The notes under the pieces are model-generated. The model saw nothing but the letters and a program-made list of their open reading frames with translations. It ran no database searches and was not told where the DNA came from. A DNA stretch of 64,000 nucleotides from Geosiphon pyriformis uo1. Taxonomy: Eukaryota > Fungi > Glomeromycota. This document shows positions 63,356-64,000 of this stretch, in pieces. Position numbers and translations under genes: made by a program. Position 1 is the stretch's first letter. Every line of letters begins with the position of its first letter. Location of the stretch: positions 562,043 to 626,042 of the forward strand of contig JAAOMT010000570.1 of NCBI GenBank assembly GCA_016748015.1, read 5' to 3'.

Positions 63356-64000
63356 TTATTTTTATAACTATATCTTATAATAATAATTAATTTAGAATCT
63401 TATATAATTATATTTTTTTAAGTAGTAATTAGACTATATTTATAAAACATAAATAAATAAAATACAAAACAAATAATAATATTTAATTACTTAAGTTAAT
63501 AATTATTATATTATAAATTAATATATACTTTAATATAAAAGCAACTATTTGTAATTTAATTAATATAAATAATAAATATTTATATTTATTTTCAAGTTAG
63601 ATTTAAAAAATAAGTTAAGATACTATTAATAATATTATAAGAGCCTATTTTTAAGAGAATTATTTATAAAATTACATTTAAATTAAATTTTTTCAAGCTA
63701 TTTTTATGATTTTAAAACAATTAAAATAATAAAAATCAATATAATTAAACTTTTATTTATAAGATTATTTTTTTAATAAAAATTTAAGTTAAATTATGCA
63801 AAAATTAAATTTTTAAAATCAAGTCTTTTTTAACAGTAAAAGTTTTTTAATTAAAACAAAATCATAACTGTTTAAAAGTTAATTTATAAAAACAATATTA
63901 AATTTTTTAAAAAATTCAATCATATTATAATAAACAAATTAATTTAAAATATTTAAAATTAAAATTTTATTTTTAAATAAAAAACATTAATAAAAAAAAC

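Noticed and set aside
1-64000. Prokaryotic systems (CRISPR array, retron, DGR, group II intron)
   Set aside because: No regularly spaced repeat-spacer array. All RTs sit in LINE or Gypsy context, and host genes have spliceosomal introns.

Overview
Eukaryotic, AT-rich DNA, most likely a Glomeromycotina-type fungus (inferred from element style and intron-rich genes; not proven). About 80% of the window is a retroelement graveyard. It holds three full-length but disabled APE-RT-RNase H LINEs (4495-22108, 28195-35000, 35335-42058), a 5'-truncated LINE (700-4480) and several LINE fragments. A complete Ty3/Gypsy element (7103-16985) and a solo LTR of the same family (17669-18635) are nested in the RT region of one LINE, both at CCAC target duplications. 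The Gypsy carries a dUTPase, a Cys-rich insert and an extra 3' ORF. Much of the apparently empty AT-rich spacer DNA consists of copies of a non-autonomous element that encodes only an ORF1-like protein (RRM plus CCHC) joined directly to the structured 3' UTR used by the LINEs. The best copy is 25610-27892, with others at ~22150-23995, ~42300-43775, ~380-640 and possibly ~58200-58700. All repeats show heavy, directional C>T/G>A mutation. A CpG-rich, TE-free island (~44.8-57.1 kb) holds two spliced host genes on the minus strand: a SOUL haem-binding protein and an ABCC/MRP transporter. All alignments were made by eye, and boundaries of degenerate copies are approximate.
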